In this document: piece after piece, positions 1-9,867 of the stretch
How positions within the stretch are numbered: the first letter of the stretch is position 1
How the letters are laid out: each line of letters begins with the position of its first letter
From: Bacteroidales bacterium
GTDB taxonomy: Bacteria; Bacteroidota; Bacteroidia; Bacteroidales; UBA932
Reading direction: 5' to 3'
Length of the DNA stretch: 64,000 nt
Assembly: GCA_028700155.1 (NCBI GenBank)
Contig: JAQVTG010000005.1
Span: 1,207-65,206 of the forward strand
Notes under the pieces: model-generated
The model's database searches: none
Seen by the model: the letters and a program-made list of their open reading frames with translations, nothing else
Told to the model about the DNA's origin: nothing
Program-made: the position numbers and the translations under genes

Positions 1-905
1 TCCCTATCCTTTGAGAGTTCGTCGATCTGCCTGGAGAGTTCAGACACCTTCTCTTTGTCGCCCTCTCTCTTGATCGCCTCTCTCTCTATCTCAAGCTGGC
101 GGATTTTGCGGTTGAGTTCGTCTATCGGTTCGGGGATGGAGTTCATCTCCAGACGGAGTTTGCTGGCTGCTTCGTCTACAAGGTCTATGGCCTTATCGGG
201 AAGGAACCTTGAGGTTATGTATCTGTGTGACAGATCGACGGCAGCTATAATTGCATCATCCTTTATCTGCACTTTATGGTGGTTTTCGTATCTCTCCTTA
301 AGACCTCTGAGTATTGAGATTGCTTCGGCCGGGGTGGGCTCGTCTATCATAACCATCTGGAAACGCCTCTCAAGAGCCTTGTCCTTCTCAAAGTATTTCT
401 GGTACTCATCCAGTGTTGTGGAGCCCACTGCCCTGAGTTCTCCCCTGGCAAGGGCCGGCTTGAGAATATTTGCGGCATCCATGGCCCCTTCGCTCCTGCC
501 GGCCCCGACAAGTGTGTGTATCTCGTCTATAAAGAGTATCACCTCTCCGGCACTTTCAATTACTTCTTTTACAACTCCTTTGAGACGCTCTTCAAATTCA
601 CCTTTATATTTGGCTCCGGCTATCAGTGCTCCCATATCAAGGGAGAAGATTGTCTTTGTTTTGAGGTTTTCGGGGACATCCCCGTGCATTATCCTCTGTG
701 CAATTCCTTCTGCAATTGCTGTTTTACCCACTCCGGGCTCCCCGACCAAAATCGGATTGTTTTTGGTTCTTCTGCTCAATATCTGCAGCACTCTCCTGAT
801 CTCCTCGTCCCTGCCTATAACAGGATCGAGTTTCCCTTTGGCAGCCTGTTCGTTAAGGTTTATTGCAAACTGGCCCAACGCTTCCCAATTCTGTTTATTG
901 TTCAT
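1..905 (-). CDS. clpB: ClpB AAA+ disaggregase, N-terminal part of the gene only (open at window edge); starts at the NBD1 linker and has no ClpB N-domain
   Basis: My own reverse translation from the ATG (complement of 903-905) gives [64 protein letters not shown] (Walker A), [14 protein letters not shown] (Walker B), and [32 protein letters not shown] (start of the M-domain coiled coil). There is an in-frame TAA at complement 930-932. It is absent from the ORF track because it is not closed inside the window. Confidence 0.9.
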   Translation of the reverse strand, partial: MNNKQNWEALGQFAINLNEQAAKGKLDPVIGRDEEIRRVLQILSRRTKNNPILVGEPGVGKTAIAEGIAQRIMHGDVPENLKTKTIFSLDMGALIAGAKYKGEFEERLKGVVKEVIESAGEVILFIDEIHTLVGAGRSEGAMDAANILKPALARGELRAVGSTTLDEYQKYFEKDKALERRFQMVMIDEPTPAEAISILRGLKERYENHHKVQIKDDAIIAAVDLSHRYITSRFLPDKAIDLVDEAASKLRLEMNSIPEPIDELNRKIRQLEIEREAIKREGDKEKVSELSRQIDELSKDR

Positions 906-1022
906 AATCTTATAATTCTGTTTACAGTTTTAATATATATATTGTATTGGACTCTGATATATAAGTGTGTGCAACTTGCCTGCCAACCCTTATAATGTGA
1001 CAAAACGGCATAAATAATTATC

Positions 1023-1030
1023 TATCTTTG
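1023..1030 (+). promoter_or_regulatory. Bacteroidota -7 promoter box (TATCTTTG) for queE
   Basis: Matches TAnnTTTG and ends 13 nt upstream of the queE ATG. Confidence 0.5.
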
Positions 1031-1043
1031 CAAAAAAATTGAA

Positions 1044-1667
1044 ATGAAAATTCCGGATCTCAAAGGGGGTGAGCTGTTGCCGCTGGTGGAGAGTTTCTAT
1101 ACAATACAGGGTGAGGGGTATAACACAGGCAAAGCTGCTTATTTTATCAGGCTGGGCGGATGTGATGTAGGTTGCAGCTGGTGCGATGTCAAAGAGAGCT
1201 GGAATCCATCTCTCCATCCTCCGGTCAGCTATATAAAAATCATTGAGGATGCTATTGCATCCGGCTCCCGTTCCATTGTGATCACGGGAGGTGAACCACT
1301 CTCCTATCCACTGGATAAGTTATGCAAAGCTTTAAAAGATAATGGATTTGAGATATTTCTTGAGACATCGGGATCAAAACCTGTAAGTGGAATTTTTGAC
1401 TGGATCTGCCTCTCTCCCAAGAAGAAAAAACCACCTCTTAACAACATATATCCGTTGGCATCGGAACTTAAGGTGATAATTGAAAAGGAGGAGGATTTTC
1501 TTTGGGCCGAAACAAACAGAAAACGGGTGAATGAGAAATGCAGACTATATCTTCAACCCGAATGGAGCAGAAGGGAAATTATCCTGCCTGCAATTATCAG
1601 CTATGTTAAGAGTAATCCGGCATGGAGCATATCTTTGCAAACTCACAAATACATAAATATTCCGTAG
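1044..1667 (+). CDS. queE: 7-carboxy-7-deazaguanine synthase (radical SAM, queuosine pathway)
   Basis: ESFYTIQGEGYNTGKAAYFIRLGGCDVGCSWCD is the QueE-type CxxxCxxC radical-SAM motif preceded by the QGEG signature. The 207-aa length is typical. Confidence 0.85.
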   Translation: MKIPDLKGGELLPLVESFYTIQGEGYNTGKAAYFIRLGGCDVGCSWCDVKESWNPSLHPPVSYIKIIEDAIASGSRSIVITGGEPLSYPLDKLCKALKDNGFEIFLETSGSKPVSGIFDWICLSPKKKKPPLNNIYPLASELKVIIEKEEDFLWAETNRKRVNEKCRLYLQPEWSRREIILPAIISYVKSNPAWSISLQTHKYINIP

Positions 1668-1715
1668 TTCGTACAGATAAATTTCATAACTTTGGAAAAA
1701 ATAAAATCCAATTTA

Positions 1716-2903
1716 ATGAAATTTGCTATCAATCTTACAATTGCAACATTTTTTTCTGTTGCACTTTTCGCTCAGGAAAAGGCTCCTGAGAATAAGGGTT
1801 ACCAATTTACAACCATAAAAGAGTACCCTGTAACCTCCGTTAAGAACCAATCCCGTTCAAGTACATGCTGGAGCTTTTCTATGCTCTCCTTTATGGAGTC
1901 CGAGCTTATCAGGACAGGTAAAGGTGAACATGATCTCTCAGAAATGTTTATTGTTGCAAACGCATATTATGACAAAGCTGATAAATATATCCGCACAAAC
2001 GGGAATATCAACTTTTCACCCGGAAGCTCCTTTGGTGATGCGCTTACCGTCTGGAGAAACTGGGGTATGGTGCCTGACGAGGTGCTTCCCGGATTCAACT
2101 ACGGAGAGAGCATTCATGTCCATAATGAGTTTGATGCTGTAACAGCCGGATACATCAGCGCTCTTGACAAAAATCCTAACAAAAAGCTTTCGACAGCCTG
2201 GAAGGCAGGATTCAGGGGAATTCTGGATGCATACCTCGGCAAAATTCCCGAGAAATTCACCTACAGAGGCAAGGAGTACACTCCAAAAAGCTTTGCCGAT
2301 GAACTTGGATTAAATATAGACGACTATGTGTCAATCACCTCATTTAACCATCACCCATTTTACACAACTTTTGCAATTGAGATTCCGGACAACTGGAGAT
2401 GGGACCGCTCTTACAACCTCCCTCTTGACGAGTTTATCTCTGTGTTTGATTATGCACTGGAAAACGGTCACACAGTGCTCTGGGGAACAGATGTGAGCGA
2501 AAATGGGTTTACCCGTAAGGGAATAGCTATTGTTGCCGAGACAGAAACAGAAAATATGTCCGGTTCTGATCAGGCAAAATGGATTGGTGTTACAAAACAG
2601 CAACTGGAGTCAAAGCTTAATAGTCTGGAGGAGATTCTCCCCGAGAAGGTCATTGACCAGAATATAAGACAGATAGCATTCGACAATCGTCAGACTACAG
2701 ATGACCATGGGATGCATATTTTTGGTCTTGCAAAGGATCAGAACGGCAACAAATACTATATGGTTAAAAATTCCTGGGGACCTTCTGCAGGTTACAAAGG
2801 TGTCTGGTATGCTTCTGAAGCATTTGTTAAGTACAAAACCATAAACATTGTAGTACATAAAAACGCTGTGCCAAAGGAGATAAGGAAGAAACTGGGCTTT
2901 TGA
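1716..2903 (+). CDS. C1-family cysteine peptidase (aminopeptidase C / bleomycin-hydrolase-like) with a signal peptide
   Basis: Papain-type catalytic motifs are present: QSRSSTCWSFS (Cys), DDHGMHIFG (His) and KNSWG (Asn/Trp). The N-terminus MKFAINLTIATFFSVALFAQE looks like a signal peptide. The ORF-track start at 1692 is a TTG, and the ATG at 1716 is more plausible. Confidence 0.8.
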   Translation: MKFAINLTIATFFSVALFAQEKAPENKGYQFTTIKEYPVTSVKNQSRSSTCWSFSMLSFMESELIRTGKGEHDLSEMFIVANAYYDKADKYIRTNGNINFSPGSSFGDALTVWRNWGMVPDEVLPGFNYGESIHVHNEFDAVTAGYISALDKNPNKKLSTAWKAGFRGILDAYLGKIPEKFTYRGKEYTPKSFADELGLNIDDYVSITSFNHHPFYTTFAIEIPDNWRWDRSYNLPLDEFISVFDYALENGHTVLWGTDVSENGFTRKGIAIVAETETENMSGSDQAKWIGVTKQQLESKLNSLEEILPEKVIDQNIRQIAFDNRQTTDDHGMHIFGLAKDQNGNKYYMVKNSWGPSAGYKGVWYASEAFVKYKTINIVVHKNAVPKEIRKKLGF

Positions 2904-2932
2904 GAAATACAAAAGCTTCTTAGAAATACAGA

Positions 2933-3706
2933 ATGAGCATTACCAGGCATATACCCAATTTTTTCACATCGCTTAACCTTCTTTTGGGGACAATAGCTAT
3001 CGTTTACAGTTTTAAAGGGCTTCAGCTCTTTGCTGTCTACCTTATACTGGCAGCCTCAATTCTGGATTTTGTGGATGGTTTTGCCGCAAGGGTACTTAAT
3101 GCCTACAGTAAAATGGGAAAGGAGCTGGACTCACTTGCAGATCTTGTAAGTTTTGGTCTGGCTCCCTCCATACTGCTCTATTACCGGTATGATCAGTTTA
3201 TCGGGCATCAGATATCAGGAGGATACGACACAATTTACATGGAGCTGCTCCAGTTTGTACCTCTTCTCATTACAGTTGCCTCTGCTCTCAGACTGGCCAA
3301 ATTTAACACAGACGAGAGTCAGAGTGAAACTTTCTCCGGTATGCCAACCCCTGCAAATGCAATACTGATAGGGATGTTCCTCCATTTCACCACCTTTGAC
3401 CACAGGTTTGATCCCCTGATTGATAATTTCTGGTTTATCCCTGCAATTTCTATTATACTCTCATATCTGCTTGTCTGTAGAATACCGATGTTTTCCCTGA
3501 AATTTAAAAATATCGGATGGAGGGATAATAAAGTCAGATATATAACTGCCGCCTTTGGAGTTCTCTCATTAGTGCTCTGCTTTCTGTTGAATTGTAAATG
3601 GTCTTTTTCTTTGTTTATCACTTTTCTGTTTTACCTCCTGTTCAACATCATATCTCATATATATCTGAATATAAACAAAATATGGCAGAAGGCAGAAAGA
3701 GCATGA
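2933..3706 (+). CDS. pssA: CDP-diacylglycerol--serine O-phosphatidyltransferase (CDP-alcohol phosphatidyltransferase family)
   Basis: The CDP-alcohol motif DFVDGFAARVLNAYSKMGKELDSLADLVSFGLAP (D-G-x2-A-R-x8-G-x3-D-x3-D) is present. The protein is multi-pass hydrophobic and 257 aa long. Confidence 0.8.
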   Translation: MSITRHIPNFFTSLNLLLGTIAIVYSFKGLQLFAVYLILAASILDFVDGFAARVLNAYSKMGKELDSLADLVSFGLAPSILLYYRYDQFIGHQISGGYDTIYMELLQFVPLLITVASALRLAKFNTDESQSETFSGMPTPANAILIGMFLHFTTFDHRFDPLIDNFWFIPAISIILSYLLVCRIPMFSLKFKNIGWRDNKVRYITAAFGVLSLVLCFLLNCKWSFSLFITFLFYLLFNIISHIYLNINKIWQKAERA

Positions 3707-6660
3707 TCTCCCCCCGGGAGGATGATCATCCAATATATATAACACTTCTCAAAACCTGTTCATCTGTCAGCCGGCTGCTGATATCAAATCCCGATTTTGA
3801 AGAGGCTCTGGGGAAAATCACAGAGATAATTGCGGGTACTCTGCTGTTTGACCGCGTCTATATTTGTGAAGTGTCTCATCAAAGGATAGAAATTGAGCGT
3901 TATTTTCTGACCGAGAAGGGTAATAACCTGATTAAGACCGCAATGACAGGAGAAAAGGAGTCCCTCAGACCGGATCTTCTAAAAAAAATATACCCTGTTT
4001 TAGAAAGAGGAGAAAGTGTCTGTATCTCTAAGTATGATCATCCCCGGTCAGAATATTCTGAGATGCTTCCAACCAGCGGATTGTGCTCCTATACCGCCAT
4101 TCCGGTTGCAACAGAGAATTCCTGTTGGGGTGTCATTGTACTGGAAAACTATACTGATAAATATATCTGGGACGAAAAGAGTCTTTCTGTTTTTAAAAAT
4201 ATAGCCACTTCACTGGGACTCTTCTTTAAAAGCCACTCTCAAAGACTTGATCTTATAGTGGCAAAGGAGATTGCCCAGGAGAGCGAATACTATGCCACCT
4301 CACTTTTTGAACAGTCTCCTCTGGGGATGGCTTATATATCTGTTAACGGAACTCTTGAGAAGGTTAACAAAGCCTTTGAGTTACAATTTGGGGTAAAGAA
4401 TGAGGTGATTGCCGGGAAATTCAATCTCAATAAAGATCCTGTTGCCATGATACTTAAGTGGGACCAGATTTTTGCCGACCTCGTAAAGGGGGATACCTGC
4501 CCGATTAACGGAGTAAAATTCAATCCTTCTGATTTTGGAGTTAAAGGACCTTCCCTACAGTTTAATATCAGCCCTTTCCAGATAAGAGTCAAAGGAAAGG
4601 TTAAAAAAATAGCCCTCGTTTTTAAAGACATCAGTGATATTGTCCGGAACGAATCACTTCTGATGATTCAGAGAAATCTGGCTTACGCAATCCTAAACTC
4701 AAAAACTGTAAAGGAATTTCTCTCCGTTGCAGCCTTTGAGCTATCCAGAATACTGGATATCACGGGAATATATATTGCTCAACTTTACAACAAGAGTGAT
4801 TACTTATCCATAACAGGGTATATAAACAAATTTCATAAAAACTGGACCGAACCACACAAAGGCTCCCTTGAGGGGTATGTATACGACAGTGAACACAGTG
4901 TTTTGGTTAGCAGGGAGGAGATTTTCGATCTGTGTCAGAAAGGGGAGATAAATTTCCACGGTAATATTCCTGCACTCTGGATGGGAGTGCCCTTCTCCGG
5001 GGAGAACTCTTCCTGCGGCGTTATTGCTGTAGTGAATATGGAGAATCAGAACGCTTTTTCTAAAACAGATCTCTCTATTATTGAACTCATTGCAAATGAA
5101 ACAAAGATTTTTTTAGACAAAAAACGTTCTGAGGAGAACACTATAAAGATAACAAAAGCCATAACCGAGAGCCCCTCATCAATAATCATAACAGACCGTA
5201 TGGGGGTGATAGAATATGTGAATCCTAAATTTACCAGTCTTACAGGGTATACTCCGGAAGAGGTAATAGGAGGTAAACCCTCAATTTTAAAATCGGGTGA
5301 CACTCCTGATCTTATATACAAAAGCTTATGGGGCACAATCACATCCGGTCAGGAGTGGAGGGGAGAACTCAAGAACCGTAAAAAGAGCGGAGATTTTTAC
5401 TGGGAAGATGTATCAATTTCACCTGTCTTTGACGACAATGGATATATTAGCCATTATGTAGCTGTAAAGGAAGATATTACAGACAGGAGGCAACTTATCA
5501 GCGAGCTTATAAGAGCCAGGGACAAAGCAGAGGAGAGCGACAGGCTTAAAACCTCTTTTATTCAGAATATCAGCCATGAGATGCGCACACCTATGAATGG
5601 TGTGATGGGCTTTATCGATCTTCTCAGGGACAACTCCCTGATGGATTCAGAACGCATGGAGTTTCTTGACACTATTGAAAAATGTGGTAACAGGATGCTC
5701 TATATAATCAATGACCTGATTGATATTTCAAAAATTGAAGCCGGTATAATGCAGGTAAACCGGCGAAACTTTAAACCAAAAGATCTGCTAAGGGATTTAG
5801 TCAATTTCTTTACTCCGGAAGCCGGGAAAGATGGACTGACCTTAATAATGAAAGCTGATAACATTGATAATCTGGAGATTACTTCTGATTACGAAAAAAT
5901 TTACGCAGCTCTCAGTAATCTTATAAAAAACGCTATCAAGTTCACTGACAAAGGGAGAGTGAGTCTGAGAGCCGAACTAAACAGAGATACTATTGATTTT
6001 ATAGTAACAGACACCGGTATCGGAATCCCGGAACAGGCGCAGAAAAAGATATTCGATCGTTTTGCAAGAGTGGACAACAGCAACATAAAAAGATATGAAG
6101 GGACGGGGCTGGGATTGTCAATTGTTAAGGGATACGCCGAGTTGCTCGGAGGGAGTGTGGAGGTTGAGTCAGAAGAGGGAAGTGGATCTGCGTTCAGATT
6201 TACTATCCCACTCGGTCAGCACGCCCCTGATGGTGAAAATAACCTAAGTGAAGATTTATCATATTCAAATATAACAGAACACAGGGAAAAGGAGATGACA
6301 AAGGTATTGATTGCAGAAGATGAGGAGACAAACAGACTTTATCTAAAAACATTACTAAAAAAGAGAAATTACGAACTGATAACTGCTACCAATGGCAAAG
6401 AGGCAGTCGACCTCTTTGCCCAGAACAGGGATATCAGGCTGGTTCTTATGGACATACGGATGCCTGTCATGGATGGGTACGAGGCTACAAGAGAGATAAG
6501 GGAGATGGATAAAGATGTGGTTATTATTGCTCAGACTGCTTATGCCTCTGCTGCTGACAGGGAGAAGGTAATCGAAGCCGGATGCAATGGCTATATTCTA
6601 AAACCTATCCGTAAAGAGGAGCTGTTCGAAGTTATAGATAGCCTTCTTACAGAAAATTAA
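3682..6660 (+). CDS. Cytoplasmic hybrid sensor histidine kinase (GAF/PAS inputs, HisKA, HATPase_c, C-terminal receiver)
   Basis: H-box SHEMRTPMNGV; ATPase boxes NLIKNAIKFT, DTGIGI and GTGLGLSIV; receiver LIAEDEETN...LMDIRMPVMDG...LKP; PAS-like TGYTPEEVIGGKPSILKSG. No TM segment is seen. The start is uncertain: ATG 3682, or ATG 3703 which forms an ATGA overlap with the pssA stop. The 3598 start would overlap pssA by 109 nt. Confidence 0.85.
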   Translation: MAEGRKSMISPREDDHPIYITLLKTCSSVSRLLISNPDFEEALGKITEIIAGTLLFDRVYICEVSHQRIEIERYFLTEKGNNLIKTAMTGEKESLRPDLLKKIYPVLERGESVCISKYDHPRSEYSEMLPTSGLCSYTAIPVATENSCWGVIVLENYTDKYIWDEKSLSVFKNIATSLGLFFKSHSQRLDLIVAKEIAQESEYYATSLFEQSPLGMAYISVNGTLEKVNKAFELQFGVKNEVIAGKFNLNKDPVAMILKWDQIFADLVKGDTCPINGVKFNPSDFGVKGPSLQFNISPFQIRVKGKVKKIALVFKDISDIVRNESLLMIQRNLAYAILNSKTVKEFLSVAAFELSRILDITGIYIAQLYNKSDYLSITGYINKFHKNWTEPHKGSLEGYVYDSEHSVLVSREEIFDLCQKGEINFHGNIPALWMGVPFSGENSSCGVIAVVNMENQNAFSKTDLSIIELIANETKIFLDKKRSEENTIKITKAITESPSSIIITDRMGVIEYVNPKFTSLTGYTPEEVIGGKPSILKSGDTPDLIYKSLWGTITSGQEWRGELKNRKKSGDFYWEDVSISPVFDDNGYISHYVAVKEDITDRRQLISELIRARDKAEESDRLKTSFIQNISHEMRTPMNGVMGFIDLLRDNSLMDSERMEFLDTIEKCGNRMLYIINDLIDISKIEAGIMQVNRRNFKPKDLLRDLVNFFTPEAGKDGLTLIMKADNIDNLEITSDYEKIYAALSNLIKNAIKFTDKGRVSLRAELNRDTIDFIVTDTGIGIPEQAQKKIFDRFARVDNSNIKRYEGTGLGLSIVKGYAELLGGSVEVESEEGSGSAFRFTIPLGQHAPDGENNLSEDLSYSNITEHREKEMTKVLIAEDEETNRLYLKTLLKKRNYELITATNGKEAVDLFAQNRDIRLVLMDIRMPVMDGYEATREIREMDKDVVIIAQTAYASAADREKVIEAGCNGYILKPIRKEELFEVIDSLLTEN

Positions 6661-6672
6661 CCTATATATCCT

Positions 6673-8418
6673 CTACAGAGCCAAAACCTGTCCGGCAAGC
6701 CTGTCAAGTTTTGAGTCAAGTTCTGTATCTGCCTTCTTTAACTCTTCCTTACTGTTTACACGGGTACGAACTGCCAGATAGTATTTGATCTTTGGCTCGG
6801 TTCCGGATGGTCTCACAGAGATCATAGAGTTGTCAGAACTCACAAACTGCATAACATCAGAAGAGGGAAGATTTATACGGTAACGCAAATCACTTACGAG
6901 ATCTATTGTCTCCCCTCTCATGTAGTCGTGCACCAGCACTGTGTCAGAACCTGCCAGACTAAGAAACGGCTTTTCCCTTATGGCCCTCATAATTTCCTGA
7001 ATCCGTGCCACTCCGTCAACTCCCTTTTTTGTAACTGAGATAAGTCTCTCTTTAAAATATCCGAATTTAAGATAGATATCCGTAAGCAGGTCGTAAAGGT
7101 ACTTTCCCTGTGACGCTGCCCAGGCTGCCGCCTCACAAACCAGAAGAGCCGAGAGAACCGCATCTTTATCCCTCACATATTCACCGGCATTAAAGCCGAA
7201 ACTCTCCTCCCCTCCCCCGATAAAATATCTTTTCCCCTCGTTGGCAGAGACTATGGCTGCAATATATTTGAAACCTGTAAGAACATTGTACATCTCCACG
7301 CCGTAATCCTCAGCAATAACTCCCAGAAGATCAGTGGTTACAATTGTCTTTACCATGTAATGGCCCCCGTTTCTAACCCCTTTTTTAATTCTGCCGGTCT
7401 CTAAGAAACGCTGTAACAAATAGTAAGTCAAAAGAGTAGCGGTTTGATTACCATTCAGCAGCATCAGATTGCCTCCCGGGCCTCTCACTGCAACTCCGAT
7501 TCTGTCAGCATCAGGATCTGTTGCAAGCACCAGTGAGGCGCCCTTTTGTACAGCAAGATCCATAGCCATTTTAAGAGCTGCAGGATCTTCCGGATTTGGC
7601 GAGGAGACAGTGGGAAAATCCCCGTTTATCTCTTGCTGCTCAGAGACTGAACTTACATTTGTAAAACCGGCTCTTCTTAAAATTTCAGGGACCATTTTTA
7701 GCCCTGTTCCGTGCAGCGGAGTGTAGACAACCGGGATGTCGTGAAAAGCAGAGATGGCTTCCGGAGAGAGGGAGAGCGTAAGCAACGACTCCAGATATGA
7801 ATTATCAATTTCTTTCCCCAGAGTTACCACAAGGTTGTCATCTCTTTTGAACTTAACATTTGAGGGATCCCCTACAGCAGTCACCTCATCGATAATATTC
7901 TGATCGTGAGGTGATATTATCTGAGCACCATCCTCCCAGTAGACTTTGTAACCGTTGTACTCCTTTGGATTGTGGGAGGCAGTGATCATAACTCCTGCAA
8001 CACAGCCAAGGTGCCTTACAGCAAAGCTAAGCTGTGGTGTGGGTCTGAGCTCCCCAAAAAGATACACCTTTATTCCGTTGGCAGAAAAGACAGAAGCGGT
8101 TATCTCTGCAAACTCCCGGCTGTAATGCCTGCTGTCATATGATATTGCCACTGCCGGCATCTTTTTGCCGGGGAAGCATTTTAGAATATAGTTCGACAAT
8201 CCCTGGGTAGCCATCCCGATCGTGTACCTGTTTACCCTGTTTGTTCCGGCCCCCACAACTCCCCTTAATCCGCCCGTTCCGAATTCGAGATTTTTATAAA
8301 ATGCATCTTCCAGCTCCTTCTGATTCCCATTGATCATTTTGATTACCTCTGATCTTGTAGCCTGGTCGTATGCCTCGTCCAGCCAACTTTGGGCTGTCTG
8401 CATATATCTCTTTTCCAT
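6673..8418 (-). CDS. Phosphoglucomutase / phosphomannomutase (alpha-D-phosphohexomutase family, PgcA-like, 581 aa)
   Basis: Phosphoserine loop TASHNPKEYNGYKVY, metal loop ATDPDADR, N-terminal FGTGGLRG and sugar loop GGEESFG. Confidence 0.85.
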   Translation of the reverse strand: MEKRYMQTAQSWLDEAYDQATRSEVIKMINGNQKELEDAFYKNLEFGTGGLRGVVGAGTNRVNRYTIGMATQGLSNYILKCFPGKKMPAVAISYDSRHYSREFAEITASVFSANGIKVYLFGELRPTPQLSFAVRHLGCVAGVMITASHNPKEYNGYKVYWEDGAQIISPHDQNIIDEVTAVGDPSNVKFKRDDNLVVTLGKEIDNSYLESLLTLSLSPEAISAFHDIPVVYTPLHGTGLKMVPEILRRAGFTNVSSVSEQQEINGDFPTVSSPNPEDPAALKMAMDLAVQKGASLVLATDPDADRIGVAVRGPGGNLMLLNGNQTATLLTYYLLQRFLETGRIKKGVRNGGHYMVKTIVTTDLLGVIAEDYGVEMYNVLTGFKYIAAIVSANEGKRYFIGGGEESFGFNAGEYVRDKDAVLSALLVCEAAAWAASQGKYLYDLLTDIYLKFGYFKERLISVTKKGVDGVARIQEIMRAIREKPFLSLAGSDTVLVHDYMRGETIDLVSDLRYRINLPSSDVMQFVSSDNSMISVRPSGTEPKIKYYLAVRTRVNSKEELKKADTELDSKLDRLAGQVLAL

Positions 8419-8495
8419 AGGAGTTTATTTTATAACAAATTTAACTAATTATGCCTACATGTCCAATATATTCCAAATCGGAGTATCTTTGCTCG

Positions 8496-9863
8496 ATGAA
8501 TTTCCGGGATTATATTCCATATTATAAAACCAATCTTAAGCTGGCAATTCCTGTCATGCTTACCCAGGCCGGACAGATCACTGTCAATCTGGCTGACAAT
8601 ATTATGGTCGGCCATTTGGGTGCAACCGAACTGGCATCTGTCTCCTTTGCAAACTCAATAATCATATTGGGTATGGTTTTCGGAATCGGATTCACTCAGG
8701 GAGTTACACCGCATGTGGGCCAGAGCTTCGGGAGAGGTGACCACTCCGGTGTAGCAGCACTGCTCAAAAATTCAATAGCTCTAAATCTGGTTGTTTCTTT
8801 GTTAATCACCATTGTAATGGCTGTGGCCGGACTCTTTATGGATTATATGGGCCAGACAGAACAGGTAGTCACAATGGGCCGGGGGTATTACAACATCATG
8901 CTTTTCTCCATGTTCCCGAGCCTTATGTTCTTTGGGCTGAGACAGTTTTCTGAGGGTATTGGTATCACAAAATACGCTATGTATCTCACACTTGCTGTCA
9001 ACATGCTGAATATATTCCTAAACTGGGTACTGATTTATGGAAAGCTCGGATTTGAACCAATGGGTATCCGAGGTGCAGCAATAGCCACTCTTACAAGCCG
9101 TTATATAGTCTTTTTCGCTTTTCTGATACTCTATTTTAAAAATAAAAATTATAACCGTTATCTGCTCCAGAAAGGTTCCGGACTTCTAAACAGGTTACAC
9201 ATAAAATCTATACTAAAAACATCCATACCTCTCTCATTTCAGAACCTGGTAGAGATTACAGCGTTTAGCATGAGTGCAATAATGGTAGGATGGAACGGTG
9301 AGATCTCTCTGGCTTCGCATCAGATCGCAATGAGTATGAGCAGTTTCTCTTTTATGCTCGCACTGGGTGTGGGAGCTGCAGCTACAATAAGGGTCTCCCA
9401 CCTGTATGGATTCAGGGATTACAATGCAATGAGAAAGGCTGGATTTGCTTCTGTGCATCTCAGTGTTGTGCTTATGTCACTCTGCGGGATTGCATACATA
9501 ATTTTCAGAAAAGAGATCCCCTATATCTTCACAAATGTACCCGAGGTGAATGAACTGGCTTCCAAGCTTCTGATAATATCTGCCCTCTTCCAGGTTTTTG
9601 ATGCAATCCAGCTCTCAAGCCTGGCAGCACTCAGAGCTCTTGCAGATGTCAAAAAGCCCCTTTTTATGTCAGTCATCTCCTACTATCTTGTATGCCTGCC
9701 ACTGGGTTATATTTGCGGAACCCTGCTGGATCTGGGTGTCATCGGAGTCTGGACAGGTCTTTCATTGGGGCTTGTATTTGCTGCTGTACTGTTTCTGGTA
9801 AGATTCAACAAGATCAGCAGAAAACTGACAGCTGTGCAGGAAGGTACAGTTTATACCAAATGA
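8496..9863 (+). CDS. MATE family efflux transporter
   Basis: About 12 hydrophobic helices and an N-terminus (YKTNLKLAIPVMLTQAGQ) typical of NorM/MATE. The ATG at 8496 is preferred over the ORF-track start at 8451 because a TATCTTTG box sits at 8484-8491. Confidence 0.8.
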   Translation: MNFRDYIPYYKTNLKLAIPVMLTQAGQITVNLADNIMVGHLGATELASVSFANSIIILGMVFGIGFTQGVTPHVGQSFGRGDHSGVAALLKNSIALNLVVSLLITIVMAVAGLFMDYMGQTEQVVTMGRGYYNIMLFSMFPSLMFFGLRQFSEGIGITKYAMYLTLAVNMLNIFLNWVLIYGKLGFEPMGIRGAAIATLTSRYIVFFAFLILYFKNKNYNRYLLQKGSGLLNRLHIKSILKTSIPLSFQNLVEITAFSMSAIMVGWNGEISLASHQIAMSMSSFSFMLALGVGAAATIRVSHLYGFRDYNAMRKAGFASVHLSVVLMSLCGIAYIIFRKEIPYIFTNVPEVNELASKLLIISALFQVFDAIQLSSLAALRALADVKKPLFMSVISYYLVCLPLGYICGTLLDLGVIGVWTGLSLGLVFAAVLFLVRFNKISRKLTAVQEGTVYTK

Positions 9864-9867
9864 CACT

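Noticed and set aside
55-915. 286-aa plus-strand ORF (and 516-995) covering the left end of the window
   Set aside because: The translation is low-complexity and Ser/Leu-rich. The opposite strand encodes an unmistakable ClpB with Walker A/B and M-domain motifs, so this is a shadow ORF.
3598-3681. ORF-track start (ATG 3598) for the hybrid kinase
   Set aside because: It would overlap pssA by 109 nt and add a hydrophobic, non-conserved-looking peptide. The in-frame ATGs at 3682 or 3703 are more plausible.
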